Part shown: piece by piece, positions 39,894 to 48,645 of the stretch
How positions within the stretch are numbered: position 1 is the stretch's first letter
Layout: every line of letters begins with the position of its first letter
NCBI RefSeq assembly: GCF_008974325.1
Contig: NZ_BKCG01000007.1
Coordinates: 1-64,000, forward strand
Source of the DNA: Patiriisocius marinus
GTDB lineage: Bacteria > Bacteroidota > Bacteroidia > Flavobacteriales > Flavobacteriaceae
Direction of reading: 5' to 3'
Length of the DNA stretch: 64,000 nt
Position numbers and translations under genes: made by a program
Notes under the pieces: generated by a model
What the model was told of the DNA's origin: nothing
Databases searched by the model: none
What the model saw: the letters and a program-made list of their open reading frames with translations, nothing else

Positions 39894-40301
39894 TTATTCG
39901 TTATCTTTTAAAATTATTGTTTCTTGTGATGCATTCCCATCATATCCATCTTCATCTGGATCGTAGATCCATTGTCTATTTATTACGTTAGTGGGACTAT
40001 TAAATTCGTGAAGACCTCTATATTTTAAGAATATTCCGATTTGATTATAAACTTTATTCATTTCAGCAATAACTGTAAGGACTTTGTGTTCGGTTATTGG
40101 TTCGGGGTAGTATCTATTGGGGTCGTTAATTTGCCAGAATGCTACATTAAATACTACTGGTAAATTAGAAGATGCTGTTGCTTTTTGTGCTTCGGTTACA
40201 ATAAAATTATTGACATCATAATCATCAATGATACATTCTTCGTATTGTTGTGCATTAGTCGTCTGTAAGGATGTTAGGGCTAAAAGCAACACCCCCACCA
40301 T
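39894..40301 (-). CDS. Short secreted protein (135 aa) resembling only the N-terminal portion of an M43/pappalysin-like zinc metalloprotease. No HExxH motif is present, so it may be a truncated remnant.
   Basis: Signal-like N-terminus; LPVVFNVAFWQINDPN...ITEHKVLTVIAEMNKVYNQIGIFL resembles the M43 N-terminal strand and helix. The ORF stops 11 nt before the next gene. Confidence 0.3.
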   Translation of the reverse strand: MVGVLLLALTSLQTTNAQQYEECIIDDYDVNNFIVTEAQKATASSNLPVVFNVAFWQINDPNRYYPEPITEHKVLTVIAEMNKVYNQIGIFLKYRGLHEFNSPTNVINRQWIYDPDEDGYDGNASQETIILKDNE

Positions 40302-40451
40302 TTTCTAAAACATTGAAATTTTGTATCCATAACTCGTGTTTACTAATTATCGATTTTAAATATATGAATATTAATGAATTAAAGATGTTGTAGCCGAAAT
40401 TAATATTTACTTGTTTTCTATAAATCAATTTGCTGATTAACAAAATAGACT

Positions 40452-40459
40452 TATATTTG
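40452..40459 (+). promoter_or_regulatory. -7 box TATATTTG, candidate rplU-rpmA promoter; the ~95-nt leader contains a TTTCCGAAG motif copy.
   Basis: CTTATATTTGCACC lies 99 nt upstream of the rplU ATG. Confidence 0.3.
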
Positions 40460-40557
40460 CACCCCTCTAAGGAGAATTATGCTTTATTCACAAATTGTGG
40501 GTGGCGAAAATTTCCGAAGAGAAAATAATAATTAACTAATATTTAAACGTTTACGCT

Positions 40558-41199
40558 ATGTACGCAATTGTAGAGATAGCAGGGCATCAATTTAAAGTTG
40601 AAAAAGACCAAAAGGTTTATGTAAACCGTTTAGCTACTGAAGAAGGTAAAACTGTAGAGTTTGACAATGTTCTTTTAGTAGGTGACGGTAGCAACATTAC
40701 CCTTGGCGCCCCGGCTATAGACGGAGCTCTTGTAGGAGCAAAAGTCCTAAGACACCTTAAAGGTGACAAAGTTATTGTTTTCAAAAAGAAAAGAAGAAAA
40801 GGATACCGTGTGAAAAACGGTCACAGACAGTCCCTTACTGAAATCGTTATTGAAAGCATCGCTACTTCTGGAGCTAAGAAAAAGGCAGCCCCAAAGAAAG
40901 AAGAAGCTAAAAAAGCAGCTCCAGCAAAGGCCGCTCCTAAAAAATCATCTAAAGGTGATGACTTGAAAAAAGTTGAAGGGATTGGACCAAAAATCGCTGA
41001 GACGTTAAATGAAGCAGGAATCAACACTTTTGCTGATTTAGCAAAAACTGATGCTGCTAAAATTTCAGAAATCATTGCAGGTGTTCGTGGAAATCACGTA
41101 ACTGACACTTGGCCAGCACAAGCTCAAATGGCTGCTGATGGTAAGTGGGATGAATTGAAGAAATGGCAAGATGAATTAGATGGTGGTAAACCAGCTTAA
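40558..41199 (+). CDS. rplU: 50S ribosomal protein L21 with a ~110-aa C-terminal extension (Lys/Ala/Pro-rich linker plus a helix-hairpin-helix-like segment)
   Basis: N-terminal 105 aa MYAIVEIAGHQFKV...KGYRVKNGHRQ is canonical bL21. The extension reads KKKAAPKKEEAKKAAPAKAAPKK ... VEGIGPKIAETLNEAGINTFADLAKTDAAKISEI. Confidence 0.8.
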   Translation: MYAIVEIAGHQFKVEKDQKVYVNRLATEEGKTVEFDNVLLVGDGSNITLGAPAIDGALVGAKVLRHLKGDKVIVFKKKRRKGYRVKNGHRQSLTEIVIESIATSGAKKKAAPKKEEAKKAAPAKAAPKKSSKGDDLKKVEGIGPKIAETLNEAGINTFADLAKTDAAKISEIIAGVRGNHVTDTWPAQAQMAADGKWDELKKWQDELDGGKPA

Positions 41200-41266
41200 T
41201 TTATTTGTTTTTAAATTCTAAGTTTAATATACTCTTGTAGCAATACAAGACTAAAATTATAAAATT

Positions 41267-41530
41267 ATGGCTCACAAAAAAGGAGTTGGTAGTTCGAAGA
41301 ATGGTAGAGAATCAGAATCAAAACGTTTAGGCGTTAAGATTTTTGGTGGACAAGCTGCTATTGCTGGTAACATCATAATCAGACAAAGAGGAAATACACA
41401 TCACCCAGGTGAGAATGTATACGGTGGAAAAGACCACACACTTCACGCTAAAGTGGATGGTGTTGTAAAATTCACTAAAAAGAGAGATAACAAATCGTAC
41501 GTAAGTATCGTACCTTTCGCGGAAGCTTAA
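41267..41530 (+). CDS. rpmA: 50S ribosomal protein L27
   Basis: [24 protein letters not shown]... Confidence 0.9.
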   Translation: MAHKKGVGSSKNGRESESKRLGVKIFGGQAAIAGNIIIRQRGNTHHPGENVYGGKDHTLHAKVDGVVKFTKKRDNKSYVSIVPFAEA

Positions 41531-41554
41531 GATATTTCTTTCCTTAAAGATATA

Positions 41555-41590
41555 AACCCCAATCGATAAATTCGGTTGGGGTTTTTGTGG
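41555..41590 (+). terminator. Rho-independent terminator after rpmA (aaccccaa...ttggggtt followed by TTTGTGG)
   Basis: 8-bp GC-rich stem plus a T-run. Confidence 0.55.
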
Positions 41591-41612
41591 TTTATGTTAG
41601 GTTTTAAGTATC

Positions 41613-41972
41613 TTGACTCTACAAAACCAGGCTATTATGAAAAAATTTATTGTTATTCCACTCTTGCTTATGGCGTTTTTATGTGCTTCTACAGTTGTAA
41701 AAGCACAGCAAATACCGCAATATGATTTTCTAGAGGTAATTGTTGTTCAGAAGGCTAATAACCGTGGTAAGGTAAAGCGTATTAGAGTAGAAGAACAAGA
41801 ATCGTTAGTAGGTAAGGGGATTTCTATTAAGCAGATAGAAGACTTTGAAACTACTGCCCAGTTACTTAATTATATGAATAGCAGTAATTGGGAGTTTTTA
41901 GATAGGCAAGCTATTGTTTCAGACGATAATGATCCTGTTTGGATGAGTTACATCTTTAGGAAACAGAAATAA
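41613..41972 (+). CDS. Hypothetical secreted protein (probable start at 41637, MKKFIVIPLLLMAF...)
   Basis: Signal peptide; no recognisable domain. Confidence 0.3.
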   Translation: MTLQNQAIMKKFIVIPLLLMAFLCASTVVKAQQIPQYDFLEVIVVQKANNRGKVKRIRVEEQESLVGKGISIKQIEDFETTAQLLNYMNSSNWEFLDRQAIVSDDNDPVWMSYIFRKQK

Positions 41973-42078
41973 TAAACCCTCATACTTTTAAAAAGCACAA
42001 GGGTTTATTTGATTACTATTTCCGAAGTAATTTAAAATAAGCGTTTAATCTTAATTTTAAATCTGCTATAGATTTCAA

Positions 42079-43416
42079 TTAGTATCTGTAGTACTCAGGC
42101 TTAAAAGGTCCTTCAACAGTAACACCAATGTATTCTGCTTGATCTTGTTTTAGCTCAGTTAATTCAACACCTATTTTTTCTAAGTGTAAACGAGCTACTT
42201 TCTCATCAAGGTGTTTAGGTAACATGTAAACTTCGTTACCATACTTGTCAGCATGGTTCCATAATTCGATTTGAGCTAAAGTCTGGTTTGTAAATGAGTT
42301 ACTCATTACAAAACTAGGGTGACCAGTTGCACAACCTAAGTTTACAAGGCGTCCTTCGGCAAGTAAAATAATATCTTTTCCGTTGAGATCGTATTTGTCA
42401 ACTTGTGGCTTAATTTCGTCTTTAGTTGCGTTCGTATTTAACCAAGCAACATCAATTTCGTTATCAAAATGGCCAATGTTACAAACAATAGTTTTGTCTT
42501 TCATTGCTTCGAAATGCTCACCTCTAACGATGTCTTTATTTCCAGTTGTTGTAATTACTATATCAGCATTTCCAACAACGTTTTCTAATTTCTTTACTTC
42601 AAAACCGTCCATTGCGGCTTGTAAAGCACAAATTGGATCAATTTCAGTTACCGTAACTATTGAGCCTGCACCTTTAAACGAGGCAGCAGTCCCTTTTCCT
42701 ACATCTCCGTAACCGCAAACAACAACGCGCTTTCCAGCAAGCATTACATCTGTAGCACGACGTATAGCATCTACTGCACTTTCGCGACATCCGTATTTGT
42801 TATCAAATTTAGATTTAGTAACACTATCGTTAATGTTGATAGCTGGCATAGGTAATGTTCCATTTTTTACACGCTCGTATAAACGGTGAACACCTGTAGT
42901 AGTCTCTTCAGATAGACCGTTGATTCCTGCAGCAAGTTCTGGGTATTTGTCAAGAACCATGTTAGTTAAATCACCACCATCATCAAGAATCATATTTAAA
43001 GGCTTACGATCTTCACCAAAGAAAAGCGTTTGCTCAATACACCACTCAAATTCTTCTTCATTCATTCCTTTCCAAGCGTACACTGCAGTTCCAGCAGCAG
43101 CAATTGCAGCGGCAGCTTGATCTTGTGTAGAGAAAATGTTACAAGATGACCAAGTAACTTCAGCTCCTAAAGCTTGTAAAGTTTCAATTAATACCGCAGT
43201 TTGGATTGTCATGTGTAAACATCCTGCAATGCGTGCACCTTTTAAAGGTTGTTCGTTTTTGTATTCTTCACGCAATGACATTAAACCTGGCATCTCTGCT
43301 TCGGCTAATTCAATTTCCTTACGACCCCAGGCCGCTAAAGAAATATCTTTCACTTTGTTTGCTGTGTAAGGTACTGTTTTTGTTGACATATAATTTTTCA
43401 TTTTCATTCCCGCCAA
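42079..43416 (-). CDS. ahcY: Adenosylhomocysteinase (the true start is likely MSTKTVPY at ~43389)
   Basis: NAD-binding GYGDVGKG, the conserved block [15 protein letters not shown], ~435 aa. Confidence 0.9.
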   Translation of the reverse strand: MAGMKMKNYMSTKTVPYTANKVKDISLAAWGRKEIELAEAEMPGLMSLREEYKNEQPLKGARIAGCLHMTIQTAVLIETLQALGAEVTWSSCNIFSTQDQAAAAIAAAGTAVYAWKGMNEEEFEWCIEQTLFFGEDRKPLNMILDDGGDLTNMVLDKYPELAAGINGLSEETTTGVHRLYERVKNGTLPMPAININDSVTKSKFDNKYGCRESAVDAIRRATDVMLAGKRVVVCGYGDVGKGTAASFKGAGSIVTVTEIDPICALQAAMDGFEVKKLENVVGNADIVITTTGNKDIVRGEHFEAMKDKTIVCNIGHFDNEIDVAWLNTNATKDEIKPQVDKYDLNGKDIILLAEGRLVNLGCATGHPSFVMSNSFTNQTLAQIELWNHADKYGNEVYMLPKHLDEKVARLHLEKIGVELTELKQDQAEYIGVTVEGPFKPEYYRY

Positions 43417-43473
43417 AGCAAGAAACTTGTTAATTTATTACTATTTTGTAATAGTTTTAATTCTGAAATTTTA

Positions 43474-44175
43474 TTGATTGAACACTTGTTCCAGTCATTA
43501 AAATTTCGGTCTGCAAAAATAAGCAAAACCTATCAGAAAATAATGGCTCTTTACAAAACTATAACATTATCGGAAAACTCTAAATTGCTGATTTGGAAGA
43601 TAGAAGAAACTTTTGAAGCTCTTGCTGACGGAATAGATTTAACAACTCACTGTCAAAACAGAGTGAATGGGATGAAAAGCGATTTGCATAGACGGGGTTT
43701 TATGAGTGTTCGACATTTATTAGCTGAGGTGGGATATACAGATTTTGATTTATTCTACGATACTGAAGGAAAACCCCATTTAAAAGATGGAAAACATATT
43801 TCGATAACGCATTCATACACCTTCGCTGCAATTATTATTAGTGACATTGAAGTAGGGATTGACATTGAAATGCAACGTAACAAAATTATCAGAATTGCTA
43901 ATAAATTCACCCCTTTAGAAGAGTATAGAACTTTAGCTAATGACGATGCTATTATTAGAAAATTGACAATAGTTTGGGGAGCAAAGGAGGCTTTATATAA
44001 AAGTTTTGCACACCCAGGGGTTAGCTTTTTAGAAAATATTTATGTGGAAGATTTTAGATTAGACGCCACCAGTACTACTGCTAAAGTTGAAATTGAAAAC
44101 AGAAAAGAAGTTTACAAAGTAGATTTTGAAGAGTTTGAAGGATTCACACTAGTATATGCTCAAATTGCTTCGTAA
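43474..44175 (+). CDS. 4'-phosphopantetheinyl transferase (Sfp-type) family protein (the start may be the internal Met at 43543)
   Basis: GKPHL...ISITHS...GIDIE...WGAKEALYK motifs. Confidence 0.7.
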   Translation: MIEHLFQSLKFRSAKISKTYQKIMALYKTITLSENSKLLIWKIEETFEALADGIDLTTHCQNRVNGMKSDLHRRGFMSVRHLLAEVGYTDFDLFYDTEGKPHLKDGKHISITHSYTFAAIIISDIEVGIDIEMQRNKIIRIANKFTPLEEYRTLANDDAIIRKLTIVWGAKEALYKSFAHPGVSFLENIYVEDFRLDATSTTAKVEIENRKEVYKVDFEEFEGFTLVYAQIAS

Positions 44176-44181
44176 TTATCT

Positions 44182-44880
44182 ATGAGAAACACTCAAATAT
44201 ATTCCGAAATACTCAGTAATATTATAGCAGGCGAAAAGCTTTTAGCAATACTTATCGATCCAGAAAAGTTTAATGTTTCAACTACAAAGCATTTTTTAAG
44301 TAGAATTCCTAAACAGACAACGCATCTGTTTTTAGGTGGTAGTACAGTTCCCGAATTATTAATGGACAAGCTTATTGACTCGTTAAAAATACACACACAA
44401 TTACCATTGATTATATTTCCGGGATCTGCGAGTCAGATTTCTGAAAAGGCAAATGCATTATTGTTTTTATCATTACTCTCTGGAGATAATCCTGATTATT
44501 TAATTGGACAACAAAAAGCTGGTGCAGCCCAATTAGTTGGTAGTTCACTCGAGGTAATTTCTACCGGATATTTATTAATTGACGGAGGTAATGAGTCGGC
44601 TGTAGCTCGAGTAACAAATACAAAGCCTATGTCTCAATCTAATATAGATGAGATAGTCCATACAGCTTTAGCTGCTGAATTAATGGGTGCAAAATGTATT
44701 TATCTTGAAGCTGGAAGTGGTGCGAAAACAATGGTTTCTGCTCAAATAATTACAGCAGTAAAAAAAGTATTGACTATTCCGTTAATAGTAGGAGGAGGAA
44801 TACGTACTGAAACCCAACAGTATTTAGCTTACAATGCAGGAGCTGATATCCTTGTAATGGGTACTATTTTTGAAAAGTAA
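44182..44880 (+). CDS. Geranylgeranylglyceryl / heptaprenylglyceryl phosphate synthase family (PcrB-like) protein
   Basis: TIM-barrel pattern with IIFPGS..Q and the C-terminal LIVGGGIRT phosphate-binding loop. Confidence 0.65.
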   Translation: MRNTQIYSEILSNIIAGEKLLAILIDPEKFNVSTTKHFLSRIPKQTTHLFLGGSTVPELLMDKLIDSLKIHTQLPLIIFPGSASQISEKANALLFLSLLSGDNPDYLIGQQKAGAAQLVGSSLEVISTGYLLIDGGNESAVARVTNTKPMSQSNIDEIVHTALAAELMGAKCIYLEAGSGAKTMVSAQIITAVKKVLTIPLIVGGGIRTETQQYLAYNAGADILVMGTIFEK

Positions 44881-44972
44881 CGATATAGTTTATCTCTTAA
44901 AATTAAAGGTGTTTTTGTAATTTTAGCTGAAATTCTCATTTAACAACTACAAAATACTCTCGAAGTGTATCT

Positions 44973-45257
44973 TTGTTTTTCAAATGCAACTCAAAAATGA
45001 ATATTTCAGTAGAACTTACCCTCACGCCATTACAAGATAATTTTGAACCAGCAATTATCGATTTTATAAAATCACTAAGAGCATCTGGTTTAACGGTTCT
45101 TGAAAATCCATTAAGTACACAGGTTTATGGCGAGTATGATGCTGTAATGAGTATTTTAAATACTGAAATAAAAACTGCACTCCAAGCTGTTGATAATGGA
45201 TTGATGTATATTAAAATTGTAAAAACAGATCGCAGCGATTATGAACCACATTTTTGA
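44973..45257 (+). CDS. MTH1187/YkoF-family small protein (thiamine/HMP-binding protein family); the start is probably MNISVEL at 44997.
   Basis: ISVELTLTPL...SGLTVLENPLSTQVYGEYDAVMSIL...GLMYIKIV fits the ~90-aa MTH1187/YkoF pattern. Confidence 0.5.
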   Translation: MFFKCNSKMNISVELTLTPLQDNFEPAIIDFIKSLRASGLTVLENPLSTQVYGEYDAVMSILNTEIKTALQAVDNGLMYIKIVKTDRSDYEPHF

Positions 45258-45873
45258 TTTTCTTTTTGGTCAATATGCTGAGTATACAACGCTAGATATT
45301 GTTTTAGAATTAATTGCGGCAATTTTTACAATTGCATCTGTAGTTTACTCTAAAAAAAATAACATACTCGTGTTTCCTACAGGAATGATATGTACAGCAA
45401 TATTTGTCTATTTGTTGTTAAAATGGGGATTGCTGGGTGATATGATGATCAATGCGTATTATTTTGTGATGAGTGTGTATGGTTGGTACGTTTGGACTCG
45501 TAAAGTTGATGATTCTCACGTAACGCCTATTTCTAGAGCAACTGTTAAAGAGCATAAAATTTCAGCAGTAATATTTGTAGCGACGTTCTTCTTTGTATTT
45601 GCTGTATATACAGTGTTTGATAAGTTTAACCACTGGACGGCATATATAGACACGTTTACAACGGCTATTTTCTTTGTGGGAATGTGGTTTATGGCAAAGC
45701 GGAAAATCGAAAATTGGATATACTGGATCATTGGTGATATTATAACAATTCCTCTTTATTTTTATAAAGGTCTCACCTTTAGTAGCATCTTGTATTTTGT
45801 ATTGACGATTGTAGCTATCTTTGGTTACTTAGAATGGAAAAAACACTTAAACAAGCCAGTAGCGATTGCTTAA
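45241..45873 (+). CDS. pnuC: PnuC-family transporter (nicotinamide riboside or related vitamin)
   Basis: 7-8 TM helices and the characteristic WYVWTRK motif. Confidence 0.75.
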   Translation: MNHIFDFLFGQYAEYTTLDIVLELIAAIFTIASVVYSKKNNILVFPTGMICTAIFVYLLLKWGLLGDMMINAYYFVMSVYGWYVWTRKVDDSHVTPISRATVKEHKISAVIFVATFFFVFAVYTVFDKFNHWTAYIDTFTTAIFFVGMWFMAKRKIENWIYWIIGDIITIPLYFYKGLTFSSILYFVLTIVAIFGYLEWKKHLNKPVAIA

Positions 45874-46424
45874 AGATTGTACTCTTTGGGCCAGAATCTA
45901 CAGGTAAAACAACACTCGCTAAACAACTTGCAGCACATTTCAATACTGAATGGGTTCCGGAATATATGCGCACTTATTTAGAAGAAAAATGGGAGGTGTA
46001 TCAACAGAAAATTACGAAGAAAGATTTGGTGCCAATAGCTGTAGGACAAATCAAAACTGAAAATGAACTTGCTGAAAAAACGAATACAGTATTGTTTTTA
46101 GATACTAATGTACTAGAAATCAAGGTATATTCTCAGTATTATTATGATGGATTTTGTCCAGAAGAAATTTTAAAAATCTGTAATTCAGCAACATACGATT
46201 TTTATTTTCTCACAGGAATTGATGTACCTTGGGAGGCTGATGAATTGAGGGACAGACCTTACGATAGAATTGAACTATTTCGTATTTTTGAGAATCAACT
46301 TTTACAAAAAAAACTTCCCTATCAAATCCTAGAGGGATCAATTGAGGAGCGATTATCTCACGCAATCGAAATAATAACTAATTTATTAAGCAAAACTGCT
46401 TATGTTACCACAAGAAGATCTTGA
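45834..46424 (+). CDS. NadR-type P-loop kinase domain protein (ribosylnicotinamide-kinase-like), with no NMNAT or HTH domains
   Basis: IVLFGPESTGKTTLAKQLA Walker A; NadR C-terminal-like; overlaps pnuC. Confidence 0.6.
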   Translation: MEKTLKQASSDCLKIVLFGPESTGKTTLAKQLAAHFNTEWVPEYMRTYLEEKWEVYQQKITKKDLVPIAVGQIKTENELAEKTNTVLFLDTNVLEIKVYSQYYYDGFCPEEILKICNSATYDFYFLTGIDVPWEADELRDRPYDRIELFRIFENQLLQKKLPYQILEGSIEERLSHAIEIITNLLSKTAYVTTRRS

Positions 46425-47931
46425 ACAACTTACCGCACATGGAGTTTGTGAAGAGGCAGTAAGCGAACAATTAAAAATATTTAATCAAGGAGCACCCTTT
46501 ACAAATATTGTTACTGCAGCAACTCATGGAAATGGAATTAACGTAATAAATAGTGCTGATCAAAAATCATTGATTGCTCATTATGATGATAAAAAAGAAG
46601 AGTTAGACGTCATTAAGTTTGTACCTGCAAGTGGTGCAGCAACAAGAATGTTTAGCTTTTTACATCAGTTTTTAGATGAGTATGATCCTGAAGAAGAAAC
46701 GCTAGCTACCTTTATTAAAACGAAAGATAAAAAAGCGTTAAATGAATTTTTCTCTAGACTAAAAGAGTTTCCCTTCATTTCACAAGTTAGAAGTAAAATT
46801 AGAAGCACTTACCCAGAATATAAGAAGTCGAATAAAGGTTTACGAATGTACGTTTTGGTTAAGTTACTTTTAAACGAAGATGGTTTGAACTTCAGTAACC
46901 TTCCAAAGGGTTTAGTCCCTTTTCATAAGTATACTAAAATTATTAGAACCGCATTTGAGGAGCAATTATTTGAAGCAACACAATACGCAGCCTCTCAAGG
47001 GAGGGCACACGTACACTTCACATTCTCGCCTAAGCATGTAGAATTGTTTAAAAAAGAATATGAGGCTGTCGAAAAACGCCTAACAAATAAAACAAAGGTC
47101 AAAACTAAAATTTCATATTCATTTCAAGATCAAAGTACTGATACTATTGCGGTAACTTTAGAAAATAAACCTTTTAGAGATAACAATGGGCAATTTGTTT
47201 TTAGACCTTCCGGGCACGGCGCTCTGTTAAAAAACTTGAACGAAGTTGATGCAGATATTATCTTTATTAAAAATATAGACAATGTTGCTGTTGAAGAATA
47301 TGTGAAAAACAATGCAAAATCTAAAAAAGTATTAGCAGGAAAACTTATTAAACTTCAGGCTAAAATATTTGAATACTTGAAACTTATTATTCAGCGAAAC
47401 GTAACAGATAGCAAACTTCAAGAAATTAAAACATTTCTTTGGAAAGAGTTAAATATAAAAGACATACCACAAACTGAAGCTGGAATTGCAACAATACTAA
47501 ATAGGCCTATTAGAGTTTGTGGTGTTGTTAAAAACACAGGCGCTCCAGGTGGTGGTCCTTTTTGGGTAAAAAATAGTGAAGGAGAAATTTCACTTCAAAT
47601 TGTTGAAATGTCTCAAATTGATAAGGATGATGAGCGCCAATGGAATATGGCTCAAGAAGCAACACATTTTAATCCTGTCGACTTAGTTTGTGGAACAAGA
47701 GACTATAACGGTGAACCTTTTGATTTAAATCATTTTGTTGATCCAGAGGCATGCTTTATAAGTATGAAAACTATTGAAGGTACTCCTATTAAGGCATTAG
47801 AATTACCTGGACTTTGGAACGGTTCAATGGCAAACTGGAATACTGTTTTTGTTGAGGTCCCTGAATATACGTTTAGTCCTGTAAAAACAGTAAACGATTT
47901 GTTAAGTCCTGCTCATAAGCCATTAGCATGA
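46402..47931 (+). CDS. Conserved hypothetical protein (DUF4301-like), 509 aa, in an operon with pnuC and the kinase gene
   Basis: Translational overlaps with the flanking genes; the family name is from memory. Confidence 0.35.
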   Translation: MLPQEDLEQLTAHGVCEEAVSEQLKIFNQGAPFTNIVTAATHGNGINVINSADQKSLIAHYDDKKEELDVIKFVPASGAATRMFSFLHQFLDEYDPEEETLATFIKTKDKKALNEFFSRLKEFPFISQVRSKIRSTYPEYKKSNKGLRMYVLVKLLLNEDGLNFSNLPKGLVPFHKYTKIIRTAFEEQLFEATQYAASQGRAHVHFTFSPKHVELFKKEYEAVEKRLTNKTKVKTKISYSFQDQSTDTIAVTLENKPFRDNNGQFVFRPSGHGALLKNLNEVDADIIFIKNIDNVAVEEYVKNNAKSKKVLAGKLIKLQAKIFEYLKLIIQRNVTDSKLQEIKTFLWKELNIKDIPQTEAGIATILNRPIRVCGVVKNTGAPGGGPFWVKNSEGEISLQIVEMSQIDKDDERQWNMAQEATHFNPVDLVCGTRDYNGEPFDLNHFVDPEACFISMKTIEGTPIKALELPGLWNGSMANWNTVFVEVPEYTFSPVKTVNDLLSPAHKPLA

Positions 47932-48335
47932 ATTTACAAGAAGCATTAATAAAAGAGCTTCAGTTTAAAGCTGTGCGAAGTAGTGGTCCAGGTGGTCAGC
48001 ATGTTAATAAAACGTCTTCGGCAGTTCAGGTTAGTCTAGATGTAGTGAATTCAGAAGTTTTAAGCGAATCTCAGAAATCGCGTATTTCAGAAAAACTAAA
48101 AAACAGAATTTCGACGGACGGTGTTTTAACTTTGTCTTGTAGTGAATCCCGTAGTCAACATCGAAATAAAGCAATAGGGATTGAACGTATTGTGACCTTG
48201 GTCATTAAGTCATTACGAGTTTCTAAAACACGTAAAAAAACAAAACCTTCACGATCATCAATCGAAAAACGCATTACTTCAAAGAAAAATAATGCTTTGA
48301 AAAAGGCAAATCGCAAGCCGCCAAAAATTGATTAA
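47928..48335 (+). CDS. arfB: Alternative ribosome-rescue factor ArfB (peptidyl-tRNA hydrolase, YaeJ-like)
   Basis: GGQ motif in SSGPGGQHVNKTSSAVQ; basic C-terminal tail. Confidence 0.75.
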   Translation: MNLQEALIKELQFKAVRSSGPGGQHVNKTSSAVQVSLDVVNSEVLSESQKSRISEKLKNRISTDGVLTLSCSESRSQHRNKAIGIERIVTLVIKSLRVSKTRKKTKPSRSSIEKRITSKKNNALKKANRKPPKID

Positions 48336-48365
48336 AGTTTTATTGCATTACTATTTCTGGTATTA

Positions 48366-48373
48366 AAAAAGAA
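48366..48373 (+). promoter_or_regulatory. -7 box TATCTTTG driving the TPP riboswitch and TonB-dependent receptor transcript.
   Basis: AAACTATCTTTGC lies ~15 nt upstream of the riboswitch P1 region. Confidence 0.35.
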
Positions 48374-48377
48374 ACTA

Positions 48378-48550
48378 TCTTTGCCGCTCATCTCAAAGGG
48401 GTGCTTGATAGATTAACGATTGAAAATTGTCATTAAAAACAAAAGAACTAAAATGTTCAAAGGTTTAAGACAATACTTAAAATCTGAAATTTTAAGGGCT
48501 GAGATTATACCCATAGAACCTAGAACAGGTAATGCTGTTTAGGAATTATA
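48378..48550 (+). promoter_or_regulatory. TPP (THI-box) riboswitch with an unusually long P3 insertion
   Basis: AGGGGUGC ... GGGCUGAGAUUAUACCC ... GAACCUAGAACAGGUAAUGCUGUUUAGGAA matches the THI-element consensus (GGGGUGC / CUGAGA / ACCC / AACCUGAUCNGGNUAAUGCC...GGGA). An ~80-nt insertion sits between GGGGUGC and CUGAGA. Confidence 0.75.
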
Positions 48551-48645
48551 ACGTCGCATTGAGTGCGGTCGAGATGAATACGTCGAGTTTTTTCAATAAA
48601 TTCGACTGCGCTCGAAAAGACATCATTTATTTTTAATAAAGAATA

